From NCBI RefSeq assembly GCF_030684315.1, contig NC_081383.1, forward strand, positions 4,530,761-4,594,760: a stretch of DNA of 64,000 nt, read 5' to 3'. Shown piece after piece: positions 40,323 to 51,727 of this stretch; position 1 is the stretch's first letter, and the number at the start of each line of letters is the position of its first letter. The notes under the pieces were generated by a model, which saw only the letters and a list, made by a program, of their open reading frames with translations, ran no database searches and had not been told where the DNA came from. Origin of the DNA: Stegostoma tigrinum (taxonomy: Eukaryota). The translations under genes were made by a program, and so were the position numbers.

Positions 40323-40893
40323 GCCCTTGAAGAGCTTCGGAGAGCTTTGGATCTCATGGCTCTGGATGAAATGGGGGATCACCTAACTAACTTCAGTGAG
40401 CAATGTAGCCTTGACTTTGCTCACCGTCATCTGGCAGCCGAAAAGTCAGCATATCCCACGGTTCTTTCTTCCTGTCAACAACTGATGTCCAATGCGCCCT
40501 ATCTGCTGAAGGGAATCCAGGCCTTGGCCAATCTGCTGGATGGTCAGCCAGACCTCCTCGACCCAGAGGGCCAGCAGCTCCTCCTGGAGATCTTGAAGCA
40601 GCACCGGGACCATGCAGCTCTGAACGCAGTGACAATCCGCGCCATCCGTCACAGTTGTCTGAAACACGAGCAGAATCGCCAAGACTTCGTGCAGCTAGGT
40701 GTTTTGGCATTTCTGACTGGCGCTATTGTGAACCATGGCAATCAGGCGGATGTGGTCAGAGAGGCAGGGAGAGCCCTGCGGGTCATGACCTATGACGACG
40801 ATATCCGGGTGCCCTTTGGCCGTGCTCACGATCATGCCAAACTGATAGTGATGGAGAATGATGGACTTCGGATAATCATTGAAGCTGCAAAAG
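40323..40893 (+). CDS. ARMC6: ARMC6 coding exon 3
   Basis: tttttAG acceptor; ALEELRRALD...LLDGQPDLLD...HSCLKHEQNRQD...ALRVMTYDDDIRVPFGRAHDHAKLIV...IEAAK; donor G|GTAGGG. Confidence 0.95.
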
Positions 40894-41719
40894 GTAGGGC
40901 ACAGAAACTGTGCTGGGGAATCCTATCCTAATGGCTAATGTTGACGTTGACACATGCAAAAGCTGAAAGGTTACAGCCAGGTTTAACAGACTGAGGCACT
41001 TTTTCCAAACAAAGCTAAGGTTGAGTGGTGGTCTGAAAGAAGTCTTTAAAATGATGCAAGGAGATTGTTGGATGAGATTATGATAAGTTATTTCCAGTTG
41101 TTGGGGAACTGGGGACTATAAATAAATCCAGTCAGGAATTTGGGAGGAAAGTCTTTATCTAGGGAGTGGTAAGGATGAGGAGCTTGCTATTGAATAGAGT
41201 ATGGCAGGGAATTGCTTAAATTTCAGGTAAAGCTTGATAACCACATGAGGAAGAAAGGAATGCAGGAGTTTGCTGGTAAGGTTACATGAAGTAGCATGAA
41301 GACAGACTTCTATGGAACATAAATGGACGAGCTGGACCAAAAAGCTTGATTCACACCTGTAATTTTTATACGATTCTAACATTGCAATGACAGTGACAGC
41401 AAGAATATTGTCATTTTACTGGATTGGCATTATTTATGTACGGAATCTGATACGTTGTCGAATTAAACCTCAATCCAGTTTTTTGTTCTTAATGTTTGTT
41501 TGTGAAATAAAAATACTGAATAGAGCTCCAGTAGTGTTTTGTTAGGAGTAGTCCTCAGATTAGTTATTGTACGGATTAGATACCTTGGGTAGACAATCAG
41601 AAGGCTGGAAGAACACAGCAAGCCAGCCGGCATCTGGAGGAAAGGAGCAGTCAGTGTTTCAGGTATTACCCTCCTTCAGTACTTTAGGACATTCCAAAGA
41701 TACCTTGGGAATTTTTCAT

Positions 41720-42130
41720 GGATAGGCCGGGACTTTATTCACTGGAGCGTAGGCAGTTCAGAGGTGACCTCGTAGAAGTTTATAAAATCATGAGGGGTTA
41801 GATAGGGTTAATGGTAGTTGTCTTTTCTGTAGGGTGGGGGATTTCAAGACTAGGGGGCACATTTTTAAGGTGAGAGGAGAGAGATTTTAAAAAGACGCGA
41901 GGGGCAAATTTTTTACATTGCAGGTGGTTTCCATGTGGAATCACTTCCCAAGGAAGTGCTTGATGTGGGTACAGTAACAATATTTAAAAGACACTTGGAT
42001 ATGTATCTGAATAGGAAAGGTCAGAAGGAATATGGGCCAGGAGCAGGCAGATGCAACTCGGTTAGTTTGGGATTATGTTTGGCAGGAGCTGGTTGGACTG
42101 AAGGGTCTGTTTAGGTGCTGTATGATTTTA
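41720..42130 (+). mobile_element. CR1 LINE 3' fragment
   Basis: ggataggccgggactttattcactggagcgtagg..gaggtgacctcgtagaagtttataaaatcatgagggg. Confidence 0.8.
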
Positions 42131-42654
42131 TGTGCAAATCATGCCCTGGGAACCTTTGATGTAATCTGTGAGTGTCATTGCTTGAATATGTGCATATACT
42201 AGACTGTCATCTATGTTTTGATATATATCTTGTTTAAGGTTTGTCTCTCTTTGCTCATATATCTGTGTCTGTCTTCAGATTTGTCACTTTTTGACACTTC
42301 CTGCTGTCTTTTAGACAAAATGGCTATTCAAGTATCAGGATAAGTAGTGAGATCTAGCAGAATCTTCTGCATTGAGAAATAGTTGCTATTTCAATCCTGA
42401 CCACCTTGTCTAAGGCAGCCCTACCATCATTCTCCTCCCACGATCAGCATCACCCAAGACTTGGTCCTTTCATATGGCTCAGTCTCATTTGACAATGGAA
42501 TCGCTGACTGAGCTTTTATAACAGCCTGCAGGGACAGGAGTTGAGTGAACAAAATTATTTTTCAATTCTCATAATAAAGTAATATATATCCAATCAGTTG
42601 AATAATCTAGCCCTGTGTATGCCATAAAATTTGTATTTATTGATATAGCCCTGT

Positions 42655-43980
42655 TAGCTTCAGCTGACTAGGTAGCACTCTCTCTCTCTCTCTATCAGAA
42701 GATTGCATACTTAAAGACTTGAGTTCAAAATCTAGGTTCATACTCCCAGTGTTGTACATCACAGGTTCCTTTTCTCATATGAGGTGTCAAGGGAGACGAT
42801 AGCCTAGTGGTTTTATCATAAGACTGTTAATACAGAGTGTTATAGACCAGATCAAACCCCCTCAAAACATATTAAGAAGATAGTGTAGACTCTAACATTA
42901 CCTTATTTTAAAGGTAAATGTAAGGTGTTGTGTTCCATATGCAATTTGATTGGTCAAACTACCAGGCTTGAAACAGAACACACTTTATTCATATATTATA
43001 ATTCGAATATAAACAAAATAAAATAATTTATTTAACTATAACTATCAAAATGCTTAACAAAATATGACATATATTAGCTACTACTAATTAACTGTTCCAC
43101 TATAGTAACATCCCATAAACACCCTTGGCAAAGGCAAATTCAGTAAAGTGGATTTTCTCATATGCAATTCCAGTAGCAGAAGGAGAATCCTAGTGTTTAG
43201 CTGTAACAGAGAGAGGAATAAGAGCGTCCACCTTCAGTTTCAAGATCACAGCAACTGCTACTGAAGGCTAAAACTGAAATGAAACTGGTTGTATGGGAGC
43301 TTGACCCCACCCATTGAAAATGCTTCCATTCCGAACATTTAAAAAAAAAGCCTCGCAAGTTGCTTACTTTATTGACTTTGGGAAGACTGCCCGTCACCTG
43401 TGTCTCAATCTTTCTTCTTTTCAACAAAAGGACAAAATACACCTCTTAAAGCCATAGTGTTGTCACAAGAGACCCAGATAATGTTCTTGCTACCCAGGTT
43501 CAAAGCCCGCCATGGCAGATGGTGAAAATTGAATTCAATAATAATCTGGAATTAAGAGTCAAATTAAGACCATCGATCTATTGATACTTGTTGGAAAAGC
43601 TCATTAGGCTCACTAATGTCCTTTAGGGAAGGAAACTGCCATCCTTCTCTGGTCAGGTCTACATTGTGAGTTCAGACCCTTAGCAATGTGGTTGAATCTT
43701 AACTGCCCTCTGACGAATTAGGGATTGGCAATAAATACTGATCTAGCCAGTGATATCCTCATGAATGAATTTTAAAAAAAGTCCTGTGTACCTTCTTAAG
43801 TGACCATAAAACATCTCACAATCACCGTTTTGGAGAAGAGGACATGAGTTTTTACAGGTGACCTGCTTAATATTTATTCCTCACTAACATATTAAAACAC
43901 ATTCACGAGTAATTTATCTAATTGCTGTGTACAATTTAGTTGCCACATTGCAACAGTGACTACAACTTCATTTGACTGTA
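42655..43980 (+). mobile_element. Nested cluster: DeuSINE-like element (42655-42790 + 43781-43980) split by a MetaSINE-like SINE (42791-42837 + 43468-43780)
   Basis: The outer halves join into a Deu-type consensus. The inner SINE has a tRNA head, ctaatgtcctttagggaaggaaactgcc, and a gaatgaattttaaaaaaa tail. Confidence 0.6.
42838..43467 (-). mobile_element. Solo LTR (630 bp)
   Basis: TGTTATA...TGTCACA termini (TG..CA, imperfect inverted repeat), 4-bp TSD AGAG (42834-42837, 43468-43471), AATAAA on the minus strand near 42985. Confidence 0.8.
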
Positions 43981-44520
43981 AACAGACCCTTCGATCTAAC
44001 TAGTCCATGCCGACCATGTTCCCAAAGTAAACTCGTCCCACCTGCCTGCGCTTAGCCCATAGCTCTCTAAACCTTTCCTGTTCATGTACTTATCCAAATG
44101 TTTTCAAATATTGTAACTGTACCTGCATCCACTACTTCATCTGGCAGGTCATTCCACACGTGAGCCATTCTTTGTGGAAAAAAGAAAAAATTGCCCCTCG
44201 TCCTTTTTAAAACTTTCTCTTCTCACCTTAAAAGTAAGCCCCCTAGTTTTGAACCCCCCCCCCATCCTAGAGGCAAGACCCTTGCTATTCACCTTATCTA
44301 TGCCCCTCATGAGTTTATAAATCTCTAATAAGGTCACCCCTCAACCTCCTGCGTTCCAGTGGAAAAAGTCCCAGTCTATTTTTATAACACAAACCCTCCA
44401 TTCCTGAAACCAATCTGGTGAATCTTTTCTGAATCCTCTCCAGTTTAATCTCCTTCCTACAGCAGGGCAACCAGAACTGCATGCAGTACTATGGTAGAGG
44501 TCTCACCAACATCCAGTATA
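43981..44520 (-). mobile_element. CR1 LINE 3' fragment
   Basis: Minus-strand [21 protein letters not shown]; ends about 55 nt before the ARMC6 exon 4 acceptor. Confidence 0.8.
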
Positions 44521-44577
44521 ATCGTCATCATCTTGAAAAGCTCTATATAAATGCAAACTCTTTTCTTTCTCATTCAG

Positions 44578-44723
44578 TTTTCACAGACAACCCATCAGTA
44601 CTCAGTGAACTGTGCTCTACGTTGTCTCGCCTAGCTGTCAGGAATGAATTCTGCCAGGACATCGTGGATCTAGGAGGTCTCAACTTCATGGTAGCCCTCT
44701 TGGCGGACTGCATTGAGCATCGG
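44578..44723 (+). CDS. ARMC6: ARMC6 coding exon 4
   Basis: cattcAG acceptor; (V)[48 protein letters not shown]; donor CGG|GTACAG, phase 0 as needed. Confidence 0.92.
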
Positions 44724-45874
44724 GTACAGAACAGGTCCTTTCATTTTCTTTAGAAAAAAGATCGAGTGGTGATCTGATGCACATCATTACAGTTATAAAG
44801 ACATTCACTATGCTAAGTGTGTTGAAGATGTCTTTAGTTGTGGGAGGGACCAAAACCAAGGGCCATAAATGTAAAATAGTTACTAATAAATTCAAGGCCT
44901 GAAACTTCAGCTTTCCTGCTCCTCTGCTGCTTGGCCTGCTGTGTTCTTCCAGCTCTACACTGTTTTATCAGAGAATTCGGGAGAAACATCTTTCCCTAGA
45001 AAGTGGTGAGAATGTGAAACTCACTACCACAAGGAGTGGTTGAGGTGATGACTGTGGTTATACTTAAGTGAACGGAATAGAAGGATACTTCGTTGGATAT
45101 CAAGTAAGGCACAAAGAGGTTTGTGTCGAGCATTAGCAGTTTCTATCATGTAAATTCTAAAATACTTCTTTTAAAAGTTTTTTTTAGATCTGCTACTTAT
45201 AACTTCAATCTGCATTACACGCTTTTGTGTTAAAATATGTATCGTGACAGCTCATGGAGGAGTAGGAAGCATTTAACCAGGTGAACATGTAGCTATACAA
45301 TTATGTTAGTTTACTCAAAGAGCTAACTTTTTCGCTTCAGCCAGTGTGTACTTTGAATATATTGCAGGCGCAGTAAGACAGAGGTCTTTGAGAGGTGCTG
45401 AAAGGTGGATTCGTAAGAGGATTTTAAGAATAGAGCAGAGCTGTAGCTAGACTGGTGAGTCTCGTGCAGGGGGCATTGCTGTTGATGTTGGTGTAGAAGA
45501 ATGGGTTAGGCTGAAGAAGATTATAAAGGATTTTGTAGTGAGATACTTTCAAGAACATGTATTGGATGAGCTCTTAGCAGTGGGCTAGCTGAATGCAGTT
45601 GACATGATAGTCTCTTTGTGGGGCAAGATTTAGCTCCATACTCAGTCAAGAAGATGACCGAGTTCCAGGATAGGAATCAGTGACACCATAGCTAATGAAC
45701 TAAATTGATGCATACCATTTGTTGCTCATATTAGTATGTGTGAGTTTGCTCACATGATCAACGCACATGGTCTCTCACTGCAAGTGGAAATGTACATTCA
45801 CTTCTGGCAAGGTACATTGTGATCACTGCTGACCAGAATTAACCCCTTAACTTCACTTGCACTTCTGCGCACAG

Positions 45875-46355
45875 GATGCAGTGCTGCAGTGTTAATATCA
45901 CTGGATCAGTAATCCAGAATCCTAGACAAATGTTCAGGGCTCATGGATTTGAATCTCAGATACTGAAATTGAATTCAATATTACAAAATCTTGTCATGTA
46001 AAAAGAAGTTGGTATTATGGTGACTATGTAACCATTGTTGTTTGTCGTAAGAACCCATCTGTTCTTTAGTAGCCTTATGGTGCATCGGTACTGTACCTAC
46101 CCTTTGACTGAGAGATCCAGGTTCAAGTCCCGTCTGCTCCAGCGGTGTGTAATAACTTAACAGGTTGATTAGAAATGTAGGGAAGGAAATTTGCCATCCT
46201 TATCTGATCAGACGTACGTGTCGCTCCAGACCCACAGCAACATAGTTGACTGCCTTTGAAAATGGCCAAGCAAGCCATTCATTTCAAGGGTACTTAAGGA
46301 TTGGCTGTAAGCGCTGGTCCAGCCAATGAATTCCAAACCCATGAAAGAAGCTTTT
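45875..46355 (+). mobile_element. MetaSINE-like SINE interrupted by a ~110-bp tRNA-derived short SINE (about 46070-46178)
   Basis: The Meta-like domain tctttag|...|tagggaaggaaatttgccatcc is split by tggtgcatcggtactg..ccaggttcaagtcccgtctgctccag..aacaggttgattagaaa. Confidence 0.6.
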
Positions 46356-46432
46356 AAACAAAAATCTGTCAGTATATCACTGTTGAGAAAGTACTGACGA
46401 CTGCACTTTTTTCTTGTTCTCTTAAATTGCAG

Positions 46433-46564
46433 GAAGTAGTAAAGCAGGTTCTGTGCGCATTGCGAGCGATCGCAGGTAATGATGAGGTAAAGGATGCAAT
46501 CATAAATGCTGGTGGAACAGACCTGATTGTGCTAGCCATGAACCGACACTTGGGAACCCCACAG
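46433..46564 (+). CDS. ARMC6: ARMC6 coding exon 5
   Basis: ttgcAG acceptor; [44 protein letters not shown]; donor CAG|GTATGC. Confidence 0.93.
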
Positions 46565-46687
46565 GTATGCAGCTTTGAAACCTGCAAGAGTCAGTGGAAG
46601 TGGAATAAAAACAGAAAGTGCCAGAAGTATTAATCTAGCCAAGTAGATCTGAAGAATGAAAACAGTTAGTGTTTCATGTTAACGCTG

Positions 46688-46995
46688 TGGGCAGCAAGGT
46701 GATTTAGTGATTAGAACTGATGCTTTACAGCATGAGGGATCTAGGTTCGAATTCCATCCTTGCGTGATTGCCTGTGTGAAGTTTGCACGTTCTTCCCATG
46801 TCTGCATGAATTTCCTCCGGGTGCTTCTGTTTCCTCCTGCAGTCCAAAGATGTACAGGTTAGGTGGATTAGCTGTGGTAAGTATGGGATCACGGGGATAG
46901 GGCTGGGTCTTGGGATGCTCTTTGGATGGTCAGTGCGGAATTGATGGGCTGAATGGCCTCTTTCTTCCCATAGTGCAATATTCTATTCTATGATT
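46688..46995 (+). mobile_element. HE1-like SINE
   Basis: gggcagcaaggtgatttagtgattag..ggttcgaattcc..gtttgcacgttc..aggttaggtggatt..(ttctat)n tail. Confidence 0.75.
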
Positions 46996-47998
46996 CCCTT
47001 TCAGCAGATTGACCTGCAACATTAACTTTGTTTCTCTGCTACCTGACCAGCTGAGTATTTTCCGTTTATAATGTTTTTAATTCCGTTTTCCAGCATCTGC
47101 AGTTGTATCAATGGAAGTGAAAGTGTGGATGATGGGAATCAAATTCTGCTTTAACGTGTGTTAGGAGTTGGATGGAGGGGTGGGGGTGATGTGGAGTAAC
47201 AGGAGGAGGTAAAATTCTGTCAATTATCCTTATACACGTGTACAATAATTTAGTTCTCTCATTGATAATGTACTACTGACCACACTCAAAAGATAGTGTG
47301 TAATACTGGGATTATGAGGTCCAGAGCATGGTATGGGAGGTGTGACTTTTATCATGTTAATATACACAAACTGCCACCACTCATTTTGTAATGCCTCTGC
47401 ACTTTTCTGAGCCAACATCAAACCTCTTCTTCAATAAACTTCATTATTAACTCAGTCAGTTTTATATGTATTATTTAATTTGTTCTTTCAAATTCTTTTG
47501 AATTGTTTGGTTCAAGGCAGCCAGGCAAAGAGACAAACTCCACTGCACGTTCTCTCATGACTTTGCCACTGTTTCCCACATCAACACCAATTTTCCCCCT
47601 CTGAAGATTGGGAAGCTGGACCAAGTTCCGCTGCAGTTTCAGTACTTCTGTGAAGTCGTATGTGTTTTTTCTTTTAACTTTGTTTCCTCTTTACGATAAT
47701 CAGAAGTAAGGTAAACAAGGGTTTAAACATTTTAAATTTTTATTAACATTAAATAAACTAATAAATAGTACAGCTTGAGAGTCTGAATGACCCAATTCTA
47801 CTGCTTTGAGAGACATAGGTTGATTCTTCATCTAAAAATCTGTGTGACATTCTTCTTGTCTATCTTTACGGAATTAAAAACATTAAAAACGGAAAATACT
47901 CAGCTGGTCAGGTAGCAGAGAAACAAAGTTAATGTTGCAGGTCAATCTGCTGAAAGGGAATCATAGAATAGAATATTGCACTATGGGAAGAAAGAGGC
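46956..47998. repeat. 131-bp inverted repeat pair (46956-47086 and 47868-47998), 781-bp spacer
   Basis: Base-by-base reverse-complement match with one mismatch (tttataatg versus cattaaaaa). Confidence 0.93.
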
Positions 47999-48366
47999 TT
48001 CAGAAGAGCAGCTTCTATACCATTCTTACCAACAAAACCAGTTTTTCAGTGACTTTCCTTTCTCATTCACCCAAGATTCTGCTGCTTGTTCTTGTCTGCA
48101 TTGATTCTGATGTCACTTTCCATTTTTACCTGAATTTGAGTTAGCCTTGATCTCTGCTCCGTTCCAGCTCTGCTCCCGTTCCTAGACACTGCAGGTGCTG
48201 ATGTGAAATCTATTTGGAGAAAGTGTCGACTAACTCTGGAGCAAAGGCACTCGGTCATATGTGTATTTGAATTCTACATATTTTCCCATTTTTTATTTAG
48301 TTTTGGTGACGTAGAGACTTTTCTTCTCTTTTCCAAGTTTGTGTAGTAATGATACCTAACATATAT

Positions 48367-48663
48367 AGCAAGTTTTGAGAAGATTTGTAGCTCAGGTTGA
48401 GTTGCTGGATGTGAGTTTGCTCGCTGAGCTGGAAGGTTAGTTTTCACACGTTTTGTCACCATTCTAGGCAACATCATCAGTGAGCCTCCGATGAAGCGCT
48501 GGTGTTATGTCCTGCTTTCTGTTTATCCGTTTCGGTTTCCTTGGGTTAGTGATGTCATTTCCTGTTCTTTTTCTCATAGGATGGTAGATTGATTTGGAGC
48601 CAATGTGTTTGTTGATGGAGTTCTGGTTGGAATGCCATATGCTCAGCGAGCAAACTCACATCC
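48367..48663 (-). mobile_element. Penelope-like (Poseidon type) 3' fragment with inverted tail
   Basis: 13-bp TSD ACCTAACATATAT (48354-48366, 48664-48676); perfect 23-bp inverted repeat (48407-48429, 48641-48663); minus-strand WHSNQNSINKHI; decayed hammerhead CTGATGA at 48474-48480. Confidence 0.8.
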
Positions 48664-49110
48664 ACCTAACATATATCTCAGCTATTAGGGAATGAGTGTT
48701 CTTTCTTGCAATTCTTCAAGATAACAGGGTACAAAGCAATTTACTGGATCAGATTTTTTCCAGGATTGCACAGATTGAAGAAATAACACACTTGTTTTCT
48801 ACAGATTCTCTTCCTTCATTGCCTTCCATATAGCATACATAGTACTCTTTTGGTTGTGATCAGCCTTCCTTTGGTAAATCAAGTCTTTCAATTAAACTCG
48901 GCCTCTTAACCCCGTAATTAATCCAATGATTTCCAGCCTTTTTTTACAGTTTTATTTGTCCAAAATCCTTCAAAATGAATAGTGAGTATTTTTATCAAAA
49001 TCATATTAAGACCATTTTTCCCTTGCTCATGCAGCATTTTGTAATTGCGCCATAGGGTTGATGGGGTGAGTCTGGGATTTTGCCACTGACTCTGTTTTCT
49101 ATTGGTTTAG

Positions 49111-49248
49111 ATCTGTGAACAGGGATGTGCTGCTTTGGGCATGTTTGCCTTACGGAAACCAGAAAATTGTCGTGTGATCATGGAGGGTGGTGGAGCACTG
49201 ATTGCGTTGCAGGCAATGAAGGCACATCCAGCTGAGGCGAACGTCCAG
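49111..49248 (+). CDS. ARMC6: ARMC6 coding exon 6
   Basis: ggtttAG acceptor; [46 protein letters not shown]; donor CAG|GTGAGA. Too short for the ORF track. Confidence 0.92.
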
Positions 49249-50934
49249 GTGAGATGGGTGGATTAAAAGTAAGTTGGTGGTTTGGGGGAAGAACTGAAGA
49301 TGGGATGGGATTTGAGAAAAAGGATGAAGGAATTTGTAAGGAGGTTGGTGGTTTGGAAGCATATGGGATGCTTTAAGGTGATGGGGATTTGTGGAACTGA
49401 AGGGGCAATGAGGAAAATGTATGGGACAGGAAAAGAGTGTAGAGTAGAGGTTGGGTGTGTAGGGGCATGCGTTATAGAGCATAATGCTAGTTCAGTGTCA
49501 GGGAGTTTAGTTGTGTGGGATCAGACTGCAGCCTACTATTTCCACAAGTGGGAGCTTTTATTTACAGTGTGATATATTTGAAACATAGAACATATAGTGC
49601 AGAACAGGCCCTTCGGCCTTTGATGTTGCGCCGACCTGTGAACTGATCTAAGCCCAGCCCCCTATACTATCTCATCATCATCCCTATGCTTATCCAAGGA
49701 CTGTTTAAATGCCCCTAATGTGGCTGAGTTAACTCACAGGTATGAAACTCTAAAGCCCAACAAATATAGCTTCAGTTTGTTCCTATTTATGTCTCTTTTA
49801 TGAATCCAATCCATTTGAAAATAAAACTGAGTAAATTGTGTTCGCAGATTTCAGGTGGAGTGGTGAGATTGAAACAAAACACGTGCATCTTTTCTTTTGT
49901 GGAGTGAGTTTGTTGACTTCCTCAGTCTTGTTCTGAACCGTGCAACAGCTGCTCCCTATTTATATGTGCTTAGACAATTAATAGCTTCCACCTGTTTCTC
50001 TTAATCTTGAATAAAGACGCTAACAAATCTAAATGTGATTAACCAGACATTAAGAAATTGGACTTATATTAGAGGAATGAGAGGCAATCTCATTGAGACA
50101 TACAAGGTTCTGAAGGGACTTGATAGAGCAGATGCTGAGAGACTCTTTATACTGTTTTGGGGGGGTCTAAAATGTGGGGATACAGCCTTCGGTAAGGGGC
50201 TGATCACACAGGAATATGAGGAGAAATGACCTTACTCAAAGGGTTGTGCGTCTATGGAATTCTGTGCCCAGAGAGTTGCAGATGCTTAATTGCTGAATAC
50301 ATTTAGGACAGTCATTGAAAATAGAAGCAGCAGTAAGCCATTCAGCCCTTTGAGTCTGATCTGTGATGGTCATTACCCTGTTCATACTTTCACTCCTTAC
50401 CCTTTGATCTTCTAGTCCTAAGAAGTTTAACTAACTCTTGAAAACACGAAATGTTTTGGTCTTGACCACTTTCTGTGATAGAATTCCACAGGCTTATCAC
50501 TTTTTGGATGAAGAAATTTCTTCTCATCTCTGTTCTAAATGGCCTACTATGTATCCTTAGACTGTGACCCCTGTTTCTGGCCTCCCAGTTATGGAGACCA
50601 TCCTTCCTATGTTTACTTTAAGGCTGAGAGGGTTAAGCCTTACATATTAAGGCGGAGTTGCACAGACTTTTGGTCTTTCAGGGAATTGAAGGATATGGGG
50701 AATGATGTGAAGCTCTCACTCAGCCTTGGTTGTACTGAATGGTGGAACAAGCTTGGTCTCCTCCTTCTGTTTCATGTGTTGTTCTGAAAGGCAGCACTAA
50801 TCCAGAAACAAACCAAAACTTTAAAGGAAACAACTGAAAATTAAAAGTGTAATTCCTGAGATTCTGCTCCTGTATGTGGAAGAATGAGTGAATTCTCAGT
50901 TAATGCCCACTACCTGAATATACTCTACTAACAT

Positions 50935-51475
50935 ACAGTCACCACTTGGGCTCTTGTGCAGTGGTAGTGGACCAGGAGGCCAAGGTTCAAGTCCTACCTG
51001 CTCCAGAAGTGTGTAATAACATCTCTGAATAGGCTGATTAGAAAAATAGACAAAAATTAAAAAAAAAATACAGCTAACACTTTGGCTGTTTTGGTGCAGT
51101 GGTAGTGACCCCACCTCTGAGCCAGAAGTTAGGTCCAACCTGGACCAGATGGGTGTCATAATATCTTTGAACAGTTTGATTAGAAAATATCTCAAGTCAT
51201 GCACTGCAATTAAAATACACAGCTACCTCTTGGGCACTTATGGTGGTATTAGGCATAGGAGGCATAGGTTCAAGGCCCATCTGCTCAGAGGTGTGTCCTA
51301 ATGTCTCTGAATGGCTTGATTAAAGGTACAGTTAAGACTCTGAGAGTTTTGTGATGCAGTGGTAATGATCCTGCTCCTGAGTCAGCAAGTCCAGGTTCAA
51401 GTCCCACCTGTCCTAAAGATATTATGACCTCTGAACAGGTTGATTTTAAAAAACATATACACATCTAACACTGTT
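50935..51475 (+). repeat. Tandem array of four ~110-150-bp tRNA-derived units
   Basis: Units start near 50953, 51091, 51240 and 51351 with gtgcagtggtag-like A boxes, ggttcaagtcc-like B boxes and tctgaacaggttgatt ends. Confidence 0.75.
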
Positions 51476-51514
51476 GAACCTCTGTTTTAGCATTATCAAC
51501 CGTTCTCTCTACAG

Positions 51515-51727
51515 AAACAGGCCTGCATGTTGCTCCGTAACCTGGTGGCCCGCAATCCTGACTTCTCCCAGCTGATCCTGGAAATGGGAGCTGAGATGCT
51601 CATCCTGCAGGCAAAGACCAAACACCAAGACTGTGAAGACTTGGCAAAAGCTGCCCTGCGGGATCTTGGCTGCAAAGTGGAGCTTCAAGAGTTCTGGACA
51701 GGGCAGAAAGCTGGGATTTCCCGTTAA
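51515..51727 (+). CDS. ARMC6: ARMC6 coding exon 7 (last); joined CDS is 1401 nt, 466 aa
   Basis: ctctacAG acceptor; [70 protein letters not shown]. Confidence 0.94.
   Translation, partial: KQACMLLRNLVARNPDFSQLILEMGAEMLILQAKTKHQDCEDLAKAALRDLGCKVELQEFWTGQKAGISR

Noticed and set aside
50935-51475. CRISPR-like repeat-spacer array
   Set aside because: Eukaryotic intron; the units are long, diverged and SINE-derived, the spacers are homologous to each other, and there are no cas genes.
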